A stretch of DNA of 64,000 nucleotides from Pseudomonadota bacterium. Lineage in GTDB: Bacteria > Pseudomonadota > Gammaproteobacteria > Xanthomonadales > Xanthomonadaceae. The position numbers were made by a program, and so were the translations under genes. Shown in pieces: positions 45,002-54,267 of the stretch (positions are counted from its first letter, which is position 1; each line of letters opens with the position of its first letter). Location: the NCBI GenBank assembly GCA_018242365.1, contig JAFECB010000006.1, positions 816-64,815 on the forward strand. Direction: 5' to 3'. The notes beneath the pieces are model-generated. The model saw only the letters and a list, made by a program, of their open reading frames with translations, did no database searches and had not been told where the DNA came from.

Positions 45002-45706
45002 ATGTCCCGCAATGTCGTGGTCACCGGTGCCAACCGCGGCATCGGTCTGGAATTCGCCCGCCAATGGCTGGCACGCGGCGAGCGCGTGATCGCCACCTGC
45101 CGGCGTCCCGGCAAGGCCACCGAGCTCAACGCCCTGGCCGGTGAACATCCGGGCCGGCTGCGCGTGCTGCCACTGGATGTGACCGATCCCGACGCACGTG
45201 CGGAATTGGTCGCCGAGCTGCCGCTGGTGCTCGATGAGGACGTCCACATCGACCTGCTGATCAACAATGCCGGCGTGCTGCATTCCGGCGAACGCTTCGG
45301 CCAGCTCCGCCAGACCACGCTGGAGGATAGCCTCCACGTCAATGCCATCGCGCCGCTGCTGTTGACGCAAGCCCTGGCTCCACGCCTGGCCGACGGCGCG
45401 AAGGTCGTCAACATCAGCTCGCAACTCGGTTCGATCACCAACGTGACCCGCTTCGGTGCACCCAGTTACGCGATCAGCAAGGCCGCGCAGAACATGGCGA
45501 CCGCGCAGCTTGCAAGGGCATTGGCCACACGCGGAATCGTGGTGCTGGCCCTGCACCCGGGCTGGGTGCAAACCGCGATGGGCGGCCCGCAAGCCACCGA
45601 TGCGCCCGCCGATGCAGTCGCCGGCATGCTTCGCGTGATCGACGATGTCACGTTGGAGCAGTCCGGTGGCTTCTTCGACTGGCGTGGGGAGAGGCTTCCG
45701 TGGTGA
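45002..45706 (+). CDS. Short-chain dehydrogenase/reductase (C-factor-like SDR)
   Basis: Motifs are VVVTGANRGIGLEF, NNAG and the catalytic YAISKAA. Confidence 0.85.
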   Translation: MSRNVVVTGANRGIGLEFARQWLARGERVIATCRRPGKATELNALAGEHPGRLRVLPLDVTDPDARAELVAELPLVLDEDVHIDLLINNAGVLHSGERFGQLRQTTLEDSLHVNAIAPLLLTQALAPRLADGAKVVNISSQLGSITNVTRFGAPSYAISKAAQNMATAQLARALATRGIVVLALHPGWVQTAMGGPQATDAPADAVAGMLRVIDDVTLEQSGGFFDWRGERLPW

Positions 45707-45754
45707 TGCGTTGGTCGCAAGGACGCGGCAGGACAAGTGGATGCCCTGTACGCC

Positions 45755-46099
45755 CTAATGATCCGCGCGGTCACGCTTCCAGCCGCGGTGGCGGATGTCC
45801 AGGTACAGGCTGTAGCAGGCGGTGAAGCTGGGGAACAGGTTCTGCAGGATGCCGACCGAATCGTTCTTGCCGAAGATGAAGTAGCTGAGCGTCATCAGGC
45901 TGCCCAGGATGCTCATGTACCAGAACAGCCGCGGGATGACGGGTTTGCCGTAACGGCGGCTGGCGATGAACTGCACCACCCAGCGGCCGCCGAACATCAG
46001 CGCGCCGGTCAGGCCGACCAGCTTCCACGGGCTCATGTGGATGCCGGTCCACGCCAATGCCGCGATTGGCGTGTCCATGAAGCCGATGGGCGCGAACAT
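45755..46099 (-). CDS. Lipid-A-disaccharide-synthase N-terminal (LAB_N) domain membrane protein
   Basis: From ATG 46099 the sequence WKLVGLTGALMFGGRWVVQFIASRRYGKPVIPRLFWYMSILGSLMTLSYFIF is the LAB_N signature. Its start shares 1 nt with the GT2 stop. Confidence 0.7.
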   Translation of the reverse strand: MFAPIGFMDTPIAALAWTGIHMSPWKLVGLTGALMFGGRWVVQFIASRRYGKPVIPRLFWYMSILGSLMTLSYFIFGKNDSVGILQNLFPSFTACYSLYLDIRHRGWKRDRADH

Positions 46100-46854
46100 C
46101 ACGGCTGCACGTCTTCGACGGCGGTACGACGATTGCGTGCAATCAGCCAGCGCACGCCGATCAAATCGCGTACGCCGACGATGGCACGGCCGAGGTTGTT
46201 GTATTTCGAGACTCCGGCGGTGCGGTGGCGATGGTTGACCGGCACGCTGACGGTCCGCCAGCCGGCGCGCTGCATCAGGGCCGGCAGGTAGCGGTGCATG
46301 TGGTCGAAATACGGCAGGTCGAGGAAGGCCTCGCGCTCGAACAACTTGATCCCGCAGCCGGTATCCGGGGTGGCGTCGCGCAGCAGGCTGGCGCGGATGC
46401 CGTTGGCGAATTTCGAGGCCCAGCGCTTGCTGCCGGAATCCTTGCGCTGGGTGCGCCAGCCGGCGAACAACTTCACCTCGGTCGCTGCCGATGCACGTTG
46501 TTCCAGCAATTTCGGAATATCCGCCGGATCGTTCTGCCCATCGCCATCGAGGGTTGCAATCCATGGCGCACGCGCGGCTTTCACGCCGTTGCGCACTGCC
46601 GTGCTCTGGCCGGCGTTGACGAGATGACGAATCACACGCAGTTCGGGCGTGGTTGTCTGCAGCGCCTGCAGTCGTGACAAGGTGGCATCGCGCGACGCGT
46701 CATCGACATAGATGATCTCGAATGCGATGCGGCCGCGCAGCGCCGACAGGATTTCGCCAACCAGCGTCGCCACGTTGTCCTCTTCGTTGCAGACCGGGAC
46801 GACCACGGCGAGTTGCGGTGCAGGGTTCATGGCGGATGCTGGATTGATCGGCAT
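46099..46854 (-). CDS. Family 2 glycosyltransferase (polyprenyl-phosphate sugar transferase, ArnC/DPM1-like)
   Basis: Motifs are AVVVPVCNEEDN, IIYVDDASRD, TLDGDGQNDP and the Q/RxxRW-like region. The start is ambiguous among GTG 46863, ATG 46854 and ATG 46830. Confidence 0.8.
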   Translation of the reverse strand: MPINPASAMNPAPQLAVVVPVCNEEDNVATLVGEILSALRGRIAFEIIYVDDASRDATLSRLQALQTTTPELRVIRHLVNAGQSTAVRNGVKAARAPWIATLDGDGQNDPADIPKLLEQRASAATEVKLFAGWRTQRKDSGSKRWASKFANGIRASLLRDATPDTGCGIKLFEREAFLDLPYFDHMHRYLPALMQRAGWRTVSVPVNHRHRTAGVSKYNNLGRAIVGVRDLIGVRWLIARNRRTAVEDVQP

Positions 46855-46866
46855 GTCCTGCACGGC

Positions 46867-48279
46867 TCAGCGCACGATCAAGTCGATCAGCCACTTGGCC
46901 TTGGCATACGGCGGCTTGAGCATGTCGCCGCCGGTGCGCCCGGATTGCCAGAACACCGGCAGCTGCTTGCTCATCGCATCGAAGCCGGCGCGGCCATGGT
47001 AGGCCCCCATGCCGCTGGCACCGACGCCGCCGAAGGGCAGCGAGGTGATCGCGAAATGGGTCAGGGTGTCGTTGACCGAGACGCCGCCGGCGAGCGTGTC
47101 CCGGAGGATGCGTTCGATACTGCGGCGATCATTGCTGAACGGGTACAGCGCCAACGGACGCTCGCGCGCATTGATGAAGGCAATGGCCTCGTCGAGCGTG
47201 CGGTAACCCTTGATCGGCAGCAGCGGGCCGAAGATCTCCTCCTGCATGATCCGGGCATCATCCGGCGGATCCAGCAACAGGGTCGGCGGCATCACCCGCT
47301 GGTCAGGGTCGGGTTGGCCCGCCAGGGTGACGCGTTCGACCTTGTGCTCGCGGGCATCGTCCAGATAGCCACGCAAACGCGCGAATTGGGCGTCATTGAT
47401 GATGCGGGTGTAGTCGTCGAGGTTGTCGAGCTTCTCGCCGTAGCGCTGCTGGACTTCCTTGCGCAGCGCAGCCACCAGCGCATCGCGCTTGGCCTTGGGC
47501 ACCAGCACGTAATCGGGGGCGATGCAGGTCTGCCCGCAGTTCAGCCATTTGCCGGTGGCGATCCTCGCGGCGGCTTTCTCGATCGGGAAATCGTCGCAGA
47601 TCAGCACCGGCGATTTGCCGCCCAGTTCCAGTGTCAGCGGGGTCAGGTTGGGGGAGGCGGCGGCCATCACCTTGCGGCCGACCGCGGTCGAGCCAGTGAA
47701 CACCAGGTGATCGAACGGCAGGGACGCGAAGGCCGAGCCGACGTCGGCATCGCCCAGTGCGAGCGAGACGCGGTCTTCCGGAAAAGTGGAGTTGAGCAGG
47801 TCGCGCAGGAAGGCGCTGGTGCGCGGGGTGTGCTCGGACGGCTTGAGGAAGACGTGGTTGCCGGCCGCAATCGCGGTGGCGAGCGGGATCAGGGCGAGGT
47901 TGACCGGGTAGTTCCACGGTGCGATCACGCCGACCACGCCCAACGGCATCGCCCGCACCTGGGCGCTGCCGGGCCAGAACCGCCAGCCGGGGCTGGCGCG
48001 GCGCGGGCGCATCCAACTGCGCAGGTGCCCCAGCAGGTGGTCGATGTCGGTCAGCGCGGTCATGCCATCGGCGACCCGCGATTCGTCCAGTGAACGATGG
48101 CCGAAATCGCTGGCGATGATCTTCGTCATCTCATCAAGCCTGCGCTTGAGGTTGGCGCGCAGGCGCGACAGGTCGTCGTGGCGTTGCCGGTAATCCGGCT
48201 TGTTCGCCTGCCAACTGGCGCGCAGGCGATCTAGGGTGGGCTGCAGCGAGGAAACCGGGGTGGCGGGAATGCGATCCAT
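46867..48279 (-). CDS. NAD(P)-dependent aldehyde dehydrogenase (class 3 / coniferyl- or fatty-aldehyde DH-like)
   Basis: 470 aa. Motifs are VIAPWNYPVNL, FTGSTAVGRKV, the catalytic LELGGKSP and NCGQTCIAPDY, and EEIFGPLLPI. Confidence 0.85.
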   Translation of the reverse strand: MDRIPATPVSSLQPTLDRLRASWQANKPDYRQRHDDLSRLRANLKRRLDEMTKIIASDFGHRSLDESRVADGMTALTDIDHLLGHLRSWMRPRRASPGWRFWPGSAQVRAMPLGVVGVIAPWNYPVNLALIPLATAIAAGNHVFLKPSEHTPRTSAFLRDLLNSTFPEDRVSLALGDADVGSAFASLPFDHLVFTGSTAVGRKVMAAASPNLTPLTLELGGKSPVLICDDFPIEKAAARIATGKWLNCGQTCIAPDYVLVPKAKRDALVAALRKEVQQRYGEKLDNLDDYTRIINDAQFARLRGYLDDAREHKVERVTLAGQPDPDQRVMPPTLLLDPPDDARIMQEEIFGPLLPIKGYRTLDEAIAFINARERPLALYPFSNDRRSIERILRDTLAGGVSVNDTLTHFAITSLPFGGVGASGMGAYHGRAGFDAMSKQLPVFWQSGRTGGDMLKPPYAKAKWLIDLIVR

Positions 48280-48386
48280 GCGCGGCAGTGTAGTGGCAGA
48301 CCATGCGCCGGGGAATGGCTTGTGCCATGCGGCTGGCCACGCGCCGATGGGCGGCGCGGAAGGGGCACACAGGCTAGAATCCGGAC

Positions 48387-48938
48387 ATGCACATTCGTCC
48401 CTACCGCGACCACGTTCCGGTCATCGGCCAGCGCGTCTACCTCGATCCGATGGCGGTGGTCGTGGGTGACGTGGAACTGGGCGATGACGTGTCGATCTGG
48501 CCGTTCACCGTGGTCCGCGGTGATGTCAATTTCGTCCGTATCGGCGACCGCAGCAATATCCAGGACGGCACCGTCATCCATGTCAGCCACGATGGCCCGC
48601 ACCTGCGGCGCGGCGGCTTTGCCACCCGGATTGGAAGTGACGTCACCATCGGCCACAAGGCGATTATCCATGCCTGCACCATCGAAGACGCGGCGCTGAT
48701 CGGGATGGGCGCGGTCATTCTGGATGGCGCGGTGGTGAAGAAGCACGGCTTCGTCGGCGCCGGCGCGCTGGTCTCGCCGGGCAAGGTGGTGGGCGAAGGC
48801 GAACTGTGGCTGGGCAATCCGGCGAAGAAGGTGCGGCAGTTGTCCGAGACCGAGATCGAGGCCCTGTACTACAGCGCCGGCCACTATGTGCGGCTGAAGG
48901 ACGAGTACCTGGCCGTCGGAATCGGTACAGGCCGCTGA
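48387..48938 (+). CDS. Left-handed beta-helix (gamma-carbonic-anhydrase/YrdA-like) protein
   Basis: 183 aa with hexapeptide repeats and the pattern VVVGDVELGDDVSIWPFTVVRGDVNFVRIGDRSNIQDGTVIH. Its stop overlaps the next ATG (TGATG). Confidence 0.8.
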   Translation: MHIRPYRDHVPVIGQRVYLDPMAVVVGDVELGDDVSIWPFTVVRGDVNFVRIGDRSNIQDGTVIHVSHDGPHLRRGGFATRIGSDVTIGHKAIIHACTIEDAALIGMGAVILDGAVVKKHGFVGAGALVSPGKVVGEGELWLGNPAKKVRQLSETEIEALYYSAGHYVRLKDEYLAVGIGTGR

Positions 48939-49618
48939 TGCTGGATACCGTTCGCGTCGTCGATACCCCCGAGGGGATTGCCCTGCGCCTGCCAGCCGCC
49001 GGGCCGATGCCGCGCGCCTTGGCGTGGTGCATCGATCTGGTGATCCGCTTCGGCATCCTGTGGGCGTTTTCGATGGTGCTGGCCCTGCTCGGCAAGAGTG
49101 GCATGGGCCTGTATCTGGTGTTGTTGTTCCTGGTGTTCTGGGGCTACCCGATCCTGTGCGAAGGCCTGTGGAACGGGCAGACGCCGGGCAAGCGCGCGCT
49201 CGGCCTGCGCGTGGTGGCCGGAGACGGCGCGCCGGTGGGCTGGCTGGCGGCGATCGTGCGCAACCTGATGCGCACCGTGGACATGCTGCCATTGGGCTAC
49301 GCCTGCGGCCTTGTCAGCAGCCTTGCCGATCCCTGGGGGCGGCGACTCGGCGATCTGGTGGCGGGGACGCTGGTGGTGCATGTGCGGATGCTGCAACCTC
49401 TGCCGGCCGTGCATGCGGTGGACGCGCACGCGCCGCAAGTGGCGTTGCGCCCGGAAGACCAGGTTGCGGTGCTTGCGTTTGCGGAGCGCGCGCCGCGGCT
49501 CACGCTCGAACGGCAGATGGAGCTGGCCGACATCGTCGCGCCGATGACCGGTGCGCGCCGCGAGGATGGCGTCGTCCGCCTGGCCGGCATCGCGCGCTGG
49601 CTGTCGGGGCGGGACTGA
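48938..49618 (+). CDS. RDD-family membrane protein
   Basis: From ATG 48938: PRALAWCIDLVIRFGILWAF..., GQTPGKRALGLRVV and VRNLMRTVDMLP give the RDD pattern with three TM helices, plus a roughly 80-aa soluble tail. Confidence 0.75.
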   Translation: MLDTVRVVDTPEGIALRLPAAGPMPRALAWCIDLVIRFGILWAFSMVLALLGKSGMGLYLVLLFLVFWGYPILCEGLWNGQTPGKRALGLRVVAGDGAPVGWLAAIVRNLMRTVDMLPLGYACGLVSSLADPWGRRLGDLVAGTLVVHVRMLQPLPAVHAVDAHAPQVALRPEDQVAVLAFAERAPRLTLERQMELADIVAPMTGARREDGVVRLAGIARWLSGRD

Positions 49619-49624
49619 GCACGG

Positions 49625-50617
49625 ATGCGACAGGAACAATTCATCGCCCACCACCAGCAGGAATGGGCCGACTTCGAGCGCTGGCTGGACGCACGTAGCG
49701 CCCGACCGCGCAAGGCACGCGGCGATATCCACTGGCGCGGGCTGGCCGATGTCGAGGTACCGGCGGTCTATCGGCGGCTGGCGCGGCAACTCGGGCTGGC
49801 GCGGCGACGCGGCTACAGCCCGCTGCTGCAGGAACGCCTGCAGCTGCTGGTGCAACGCGGCCACGACGTGCTGTACCGGCCACCGCTGCCGCGTTGGCAA
49901 CGCGCGGTCGAATTCTTCATCGCCGATTTCCCGCGCTTGGTGCGTTCCGAATCCGGCGTGATGCTGGCCTCGCTGTTGCTGTTCGTGGTGCCCCTGGTCG
50001 CCAGTTTCGTGGCCCTGCAATACAAGCCGGAATTGATCCACACCCTGATGCCGCCGGACCAGGTGGCGGACTGGGAGCAGATGTACGCCAAGGCCGCGCA
50101 GAAAGTGGGCCGCGACTCCGGCAGTGATCTGGCGATGTTCGGCTTCTACATCTTCAACAACATCAGTATTGGCCTGCGCACCTATGCCAGCGGCTTGCTG
50201 GCGGGGATCGGGCCGGTACTGACCATCGCCTTCAACGGGGTGATGATCGGGATGGTGGCAGGTCACCTGCAGAACGTCGGCCTTGGCGACACGTTCTGGC
50301 GTTTCGCGGTGGGTCACGCCGCATTCGAATTGACCGCCATCGTCATATCCGGTGCTGCGGGCCTGCGCCTGAGCCTGGCCTTGCTGGCACCGGGCCGGCG
50401 GCGGCGCGTCGATGCCTTGATCGAAGATGGCCGGCGCGGCGCGATGCTGTGCCTGGGCGTGTTCTTCATGCTGGTGGTGGCGGCCTTCATCGAAGCATTC
50501 TGGTCGTCGATCAACTGGATCCCGGCTGGCGTCAAATACGGCGTCGCCGCGCTGCTGTGGACGCTGGTGCTGGCATGGCTGGCGCTGGGCGGGAGGGATC
50601 GCGATGCGGCTCGATGA
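49625..50617 (+). CDS. SpoIIM-like (stage II sporulation protein M family) polytopic membrane protein
   Basis: 330 aa. It has a soluble N-terminal region of about 100 aa, then helices with the typical FIFNNISIGLRTYA...NGVMIGMV...HAAFELTAIVISGAAGL. Confidence 0.7.
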   Translation: MRQEQFIAHHQQEWADFERWLDARSARPRKARGDIHWRGLADVEVPAVYRRLARQLGLARRRGYSPLLQERLQLLVQRGHDVLYRPPLPRWQRAVEFFIADFPRLVRSESGVMLASLLLFVVPLVASFVALQYKPELIHTLMPPDQVADWEQMYAKAAQKVGRDSGSDLAMFGFYIFNNISIGLRTYASGLLAGIGPVLTIAFNGVMIGMVAGHLQNVGLGDTFWRFAVGHAAFELTAIVISGAAGLRLSLALLAPGRRRRVDALIEDGRRGAMLCLGVFFMLVVAAFIEAFWSSINWIPAGVKYGVAALLWTLVLAWLALGGRDRDAAR

Positions 50618-52151
50618 GCTGAGCGTCGAGCTGCGCCCGCGCAGCGCATGGGAAGCGGTGGAATTGGGCACCGCGCTCGTGCGTCGCCATGCCGGCGCGA
50701 TCTGGCGGCCGTGGCTGTGGGTGACGTTGCCGATCTTCGTCATCCTCAATGCCGTGGGCTGGGCGCTGGACAGGGTGTGGTTGGCGGCGCTGCTGATGTG
50801 GTGGGCCAAGCCCTTGTTCGACCGCATCCCGCTGTACGTGATGTCGCGCGCGGTGTTCGGTGCCGCGCCCGGCCCCCGCGAGACCGTGCGCGCGCATTGG
50901 CGCTGGGGCATCAAGCCGATGCTTGGCTACATGACGTGGCGAAGGCTGGGCGCGGTGCGTTCGCTGTACCTGCCGATCGACCTGCTGGAGGGCGGGCCAC
51001 GTCCGGCACAGCGGCGCAGCATCGTCGGCAGCGGCGTGCGTGGAACCGCCGCGCTGGTGACGCTGGTATGCGCCAATTTCGAAGCAGTACTGGTGTTCGG
51101 CGTCTATGTGCTGGCGCTGATGTTCGTGCCTGTGGAATTGATGACCGAATCCGCGCGCGCAGCCTGGACATTGCTGACCGAATCACCGCCGCGCTGGGTG
51201 CAATTGCTCGGCAACATCGTGGCGTGGGCGGCGACCAGCGTGATCGAGCCGTTCTACGTCGGTGCCGGTTTCGGTCTGTATCTGGACCGCCGCACCCGGA
51301 TCGAAGCCTGGGACGTGGAGATCGCATTTCGTCGCCTGCATGCGCGCCTGTTGGGTGCGGGCGTGGCGCTGCTGTGCCTGTTCGCGCTGGCGTTGCCGGC
51401 ATTTGCCCAAGGTGGGCAGGATGTGGAGGCACGAAATTCGGCATCCACGCCCGCTGTGACCGACGCCACCCCAGCGGCCAAGCCCGCGCCCGGATTGGAT
51501 GTGATCTTCGGACGGGTGGACGAGGATCCCGGATTCGCGCGCGCCGCCGGCCGGCTTGGCGAGGATCCGCTGCTGAATCCCAAGCGCACCGTCTCCGAGT
51601 GGGTGCGCCGGCATCCGAACGAGGAGCAGACCCAGCTGCCGGACATGCCGTGGCTGCAAGCCATCGCCAAGGCCATCGCCGCGATCGCGCAATACGGCCT
51701 GTGGATCCTGCTGGGCGTCCTGGTCATCCTGCTGGCAGCGACCTACCGCACGTGGATGCCCTGGCTCAGCGGGATGGCGCCACGCAAGCAGCCGGTGCCG
51801 GTCCCGATCGAGCACGACCCGCACGCCGAAGCCGAGCCACTGCCCGATGACGTGATGGCGCGCGCGCGCGCGCTGTGGGCCGAAGGCCAGCCGCGTCGCG
51901 CCCTGTCCTTGCTGTACCGCGCCAGCGTCGCGGCGATGGTCGCGCGCACCGGCGTGTTGCTGGTGCCCGGTGCCACCGAAGCGCAATGCCTGCGCGCCTC
52001 GCGCAGCCTGGGCGAGGAAGAGGACCGCTCTGCATTCGCGCGGATGGTGCGCACCTGGCAATACGCCGCCTATGCCGAGCGCATGCCCGACGCGGCCGAA
52101 TTCGACAGCCTGCTGGTCACGCTGGGCCGACGCTTCGGGTGGTCGGCATGA
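50604..52151 (+). CDS. Polytopic membrane protein with a C-terminal DUF4129-like domain
   Basis: ATG 50604 overlaps the SpoIIM-like gene by 14 nt. The N-terminal half has about six hydrophobic helices. It is followed by an internal signal-like segment LLGAGVALLCLFALALPAFAQG, another TM helix (GLWILLGVLVILLAATY), and a C-terminal part LYRASVAAMVARTGVLLVPGATEAQCLR...WQYAAYA that resembles DUF4129. Confidence 0.6.
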   Translation: MRLDELSVELRPRSAWEAVELGTALVRRHAGAIWRPWLWVTLPIFVILNAVGWALDRVWLAALLMWWAKPLFDRIPLYVMSRAVFGAAPGPRETVRAHWRWGIKPMLGYMTWRRLGAVRSLYLPIDLLEGGPRPAQRRSIVGSGVRGTAALVTLVCANFEAVLVFGVYVLALMFVPVELMTESARAAWTLLTESPPRWVQLLGNIVAWAATSVIEPFYVGAGFGLYLDRRTRIEAWDVEIAFRRLHARLLGAGVALLCLFALALPAFAQGGQDVEARNSASTPAVTDATPAAKPAPGLDVIFGRVDEDPGFARAAGRLGEDPLLNPKRTVSEWVRRHPNEEQTQLPDMPWLQAIAKAIAAIAQYGLWILLGVLVILLAATYRTWMPWLSGMAPRKQPVPVPIEHDPHAEAEPLPDDVMARARALWAEGQPRRALSLLYRASVAAMVARTGVLLVPGATEAQCLRASRSLGEEEDRSAFARMVRTWQYAAYAERMPDAAEFDSLLVTLGRRFGWSA

Positions 52152-53278
52152 GCCGGCGCGGGCAATCGCTTGCATGGCTGGGAGGCTTGTTGCTGCTGGG
52201 CCTGCTGGTGGCGTGGTTCTTCGTGACTTTCAAACGGGTCGATCGCAGCGTGAACCTGCCGCCGCGCGGCGAGGCCAGCTTCAATCCGCTGTACGCGCTC
52301 AAGCAGGTGTTGCGCGCGGATGGCCAGCCGGTGCTGTCACGGCAACGCCTGCAACTCGACACCATCCCGCTGGGGCGGCGCGATACCGTTGTGATCCACG
52401 GCGATCCGCGCACACTCACCGGCGCCGATCTTGATCGCTTGATGGGGTTCGCCGAGACCGGCGGCCATGTGGTGCTGCAGCTGCCGCCATGGAGTGAAAG
52501 CGGCAATCAGAACGGCGCAGCGGCACTGGCGGGCCGCCTGCCGATCCTGCCGGGCCTGCGTGAGCCCGCCTGCCTGTTGCTGCGCTGGCCGGACAAGACG
52601 ACACACAGGCTGTTCTGTGGTGCGCCGCGCTTTGCGCTCAAGGGCTCGCCGAAGCTGCTGGCGGGGTGGGAACCGGACGACGGTGCCGGTCATGTGTACG
52701 CCCGCTTCCAGATCGGCGAAGGCAGCGTGGACCTGCTGTCGGAGTTCGACGCGCTGACCAATGAAGGCCTGCAGTTGCCGCGGAATGCGGCGTTCACGCG
52801 CCAGCTGCTGGCACCGAACTGGGGCGCAGGCACCATCCACCTGATTTATGCCGCTGACGTGCCGCCGCTGTGGCGTTGGTTGCTGGAACACGGTTGGCGC
52901 GCGCTGTTGCCGGCCTTCCTGTGCCTGCTGCTGTGGCTGTGGATGCGCGCCCAGCAGTTCGGGCCACTTTTGCCGGCGCCGCAACCGCCGCGTCGCTCCC
53001 TGCTGGAACACCTGGAAGCCAGCGGCGAGCATCTGCTGCGCTATGGCCACTTGGGCGCGCTGCATCGTGCCCTGCTGAAGGCGGTGCATGAGCGCCTGCG
53101 TCGGCGCGATCCACTCGCCGCCGCGCTGGAAGGCGAGACCCAGGCCGCCCTGATCGGCAAGCGCACCGGCCTGCCCGCCAATGACGTGCGCGTGATCCTG
53201 GACACCCGCCCGCCACGCGACGCCCACGATTTCCGCCACCGCATCGCCCGCTTGATCGATTTGAGGAAACGCCTATGA
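52148..53278 (+). CDS. DUF4350-like bitopic membrane protein
   Basis: An ATGA overlap joins it to the upstream gene. It has an N-terminal TM helix (LAWLGGLLLLGLLVAWFFV), an extracytoplasmic domain (FNPLYALKQVL...VVIHGDP...GGHVVLQLPPW), a second TM helix near residue 300, and a cytoplasmic tail. Confidence 0.6.
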   Translation: MSRRGQSLAWLGGLLLLGLLVAWFFVTFKRVDRSVNLPPRGEASFNPLYALKQVLRADGQPVLSRQRLQLDTIPLGRRDTVVIHGDPRTLTGADLDRLMGFAETGGHVVLQLPPWSESGNQNGAAALAGRLPILPGLREPACLLLRWPDKTTHRLFCGAPRFALKGSPKLLAGWEPDDGAGHVYARFQIGEGSVDLLSEFDALTNEGLQLPRNAAFTRQLLAPNWGAGTIHLIYAADVPPLWRWLLEHGWRALLPAFLCLLLWLWMRAQQFGPLLPAPQPPRRSLLEHLEASGEHLLRYGHLGALHRALLKAVHERLRRRDPLAAALEGETQAALIGKRTGLPANDVRVILDTRPPRDAHDFRHRIARLIDLRKRL

Positions 53279-54267
53279 ACACGCCGTCCCTGCCCCCCGT
53301 GCCGCCGCCGGTCGGTGCCGCCCTCAGTACCCGCGTCAGTGCGATCCGCGACGCCGTCGGCAAGGCCTTCATCGGCCAGCCCGAGGTGCTCGATCAGGTG
53401 ATGATCGCCCTGCTCGCCGGCGGCCATGTCCTGCTGGAAGGCGTGCCCGGGCTCGGCAAGACCCTGTTGGTGCGCGCGCTGGCGCAGGCGCTCGACTGCC
53501 AGCACGCACGCGTGCAGTTCACCCCCGACCTGATGCCCAGCGACATCAGCGGGCATGCGGTGTACGACCCGAAAACCGAGCGCTTCGAAGTGCGCAAGGG
53601 TCCCGTGTTCACCCATCTGCTGCTGGCCGATGAGATCAACCGCGCTCCGGCCAAGACCCAATCGGCGCTGCTGGAGGCGATGCAGGAACAGCAAGTCACC
53701 ATCGAAGGCGAAAGTTTCGCACTGCCCTCGCCATTCCTGTGCCTGGCCACGCAGAACCCGCTGGAGCTGGAGGGCACCTATCCGCTGCCGGAAGCCCAGC
53801 TCGATCGTTTCCTGCTCAAGGTGCTGATCGGCTATCCCGGCATCGAGGACGAAAAGCGCATGGTCGCCGCGGTCAGCGAGGGCCGCACCGCCGCTGAGTT
53901 CGACCTGTCGCAGGTGCAGCGGGTGATCGGCAGCGAAGACGTGCGCGCGCTGCAGATCGGCACCGCGCTGGTGCGGGTCGATCCAGCGGTGCTCGACTAC
54001 GCGGTGCGGATCGCGGCGGCGACCCGCAAATGGCCCGGTATTGCCCTCGGCGCCGGGCCGCGCGGCAGCATTGCACTGGTGCGCGCCGCGCGTGCGCAGG
54101 CGGTATTGTCCGAGCGCGATTTCGTCACCCCGGATGACGTCCGCGAGATCGCCTTGCCCTGCCTGCGCCACCGCATCCAGCTCGCGCCGGAATTGCACAT
54201 CGAAGGCCAGGCGGTGGATGAGGTGCTGCGCGCTCTGCTGGCCAAGGTGGACGCGCCACGCCAGTGA
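53275..54267 (+). CDS. MoxR-family AAA+ ATPase
   Basis: Walker A is LLEGVPGLGKT and Walker B is LLLADEINRAPAKTQSALLEAMQE. Also present are QNPLELEGTYPLPEAQLDRF and the C-terminal lid. It has an ATGA overlap with the upstream gene. Confidence 0.92.
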   Translation: MNTPSLPPVPPPVGAALSTRVSAIRDAVGKAFIGQPEVLDQVMIALLAGGHVLLEGVPGLGKTLLVRALAQALDCQHARVQFTPDLMPSDISGHAVYDPKTERFEVRKGPVFTHLLLADEINRAPAKTQSALLEAMQEQQVTIEGESFALPSPFLCLATQNPLELEGTYPLPEAQLDRFLLKVLIGYPGIEDEKRMVAAVSEGRTAAEFDLSQVQRVIGSEDVRALQIGTALVRVDPAVLDYAVRIAAATRKWPGIALGAGPRGSIALVRAARAQAVLSERDFVTPDDVREIALPCLRHRIQLAPELHIEGQAVDEVLRALLAKVDAPRQ

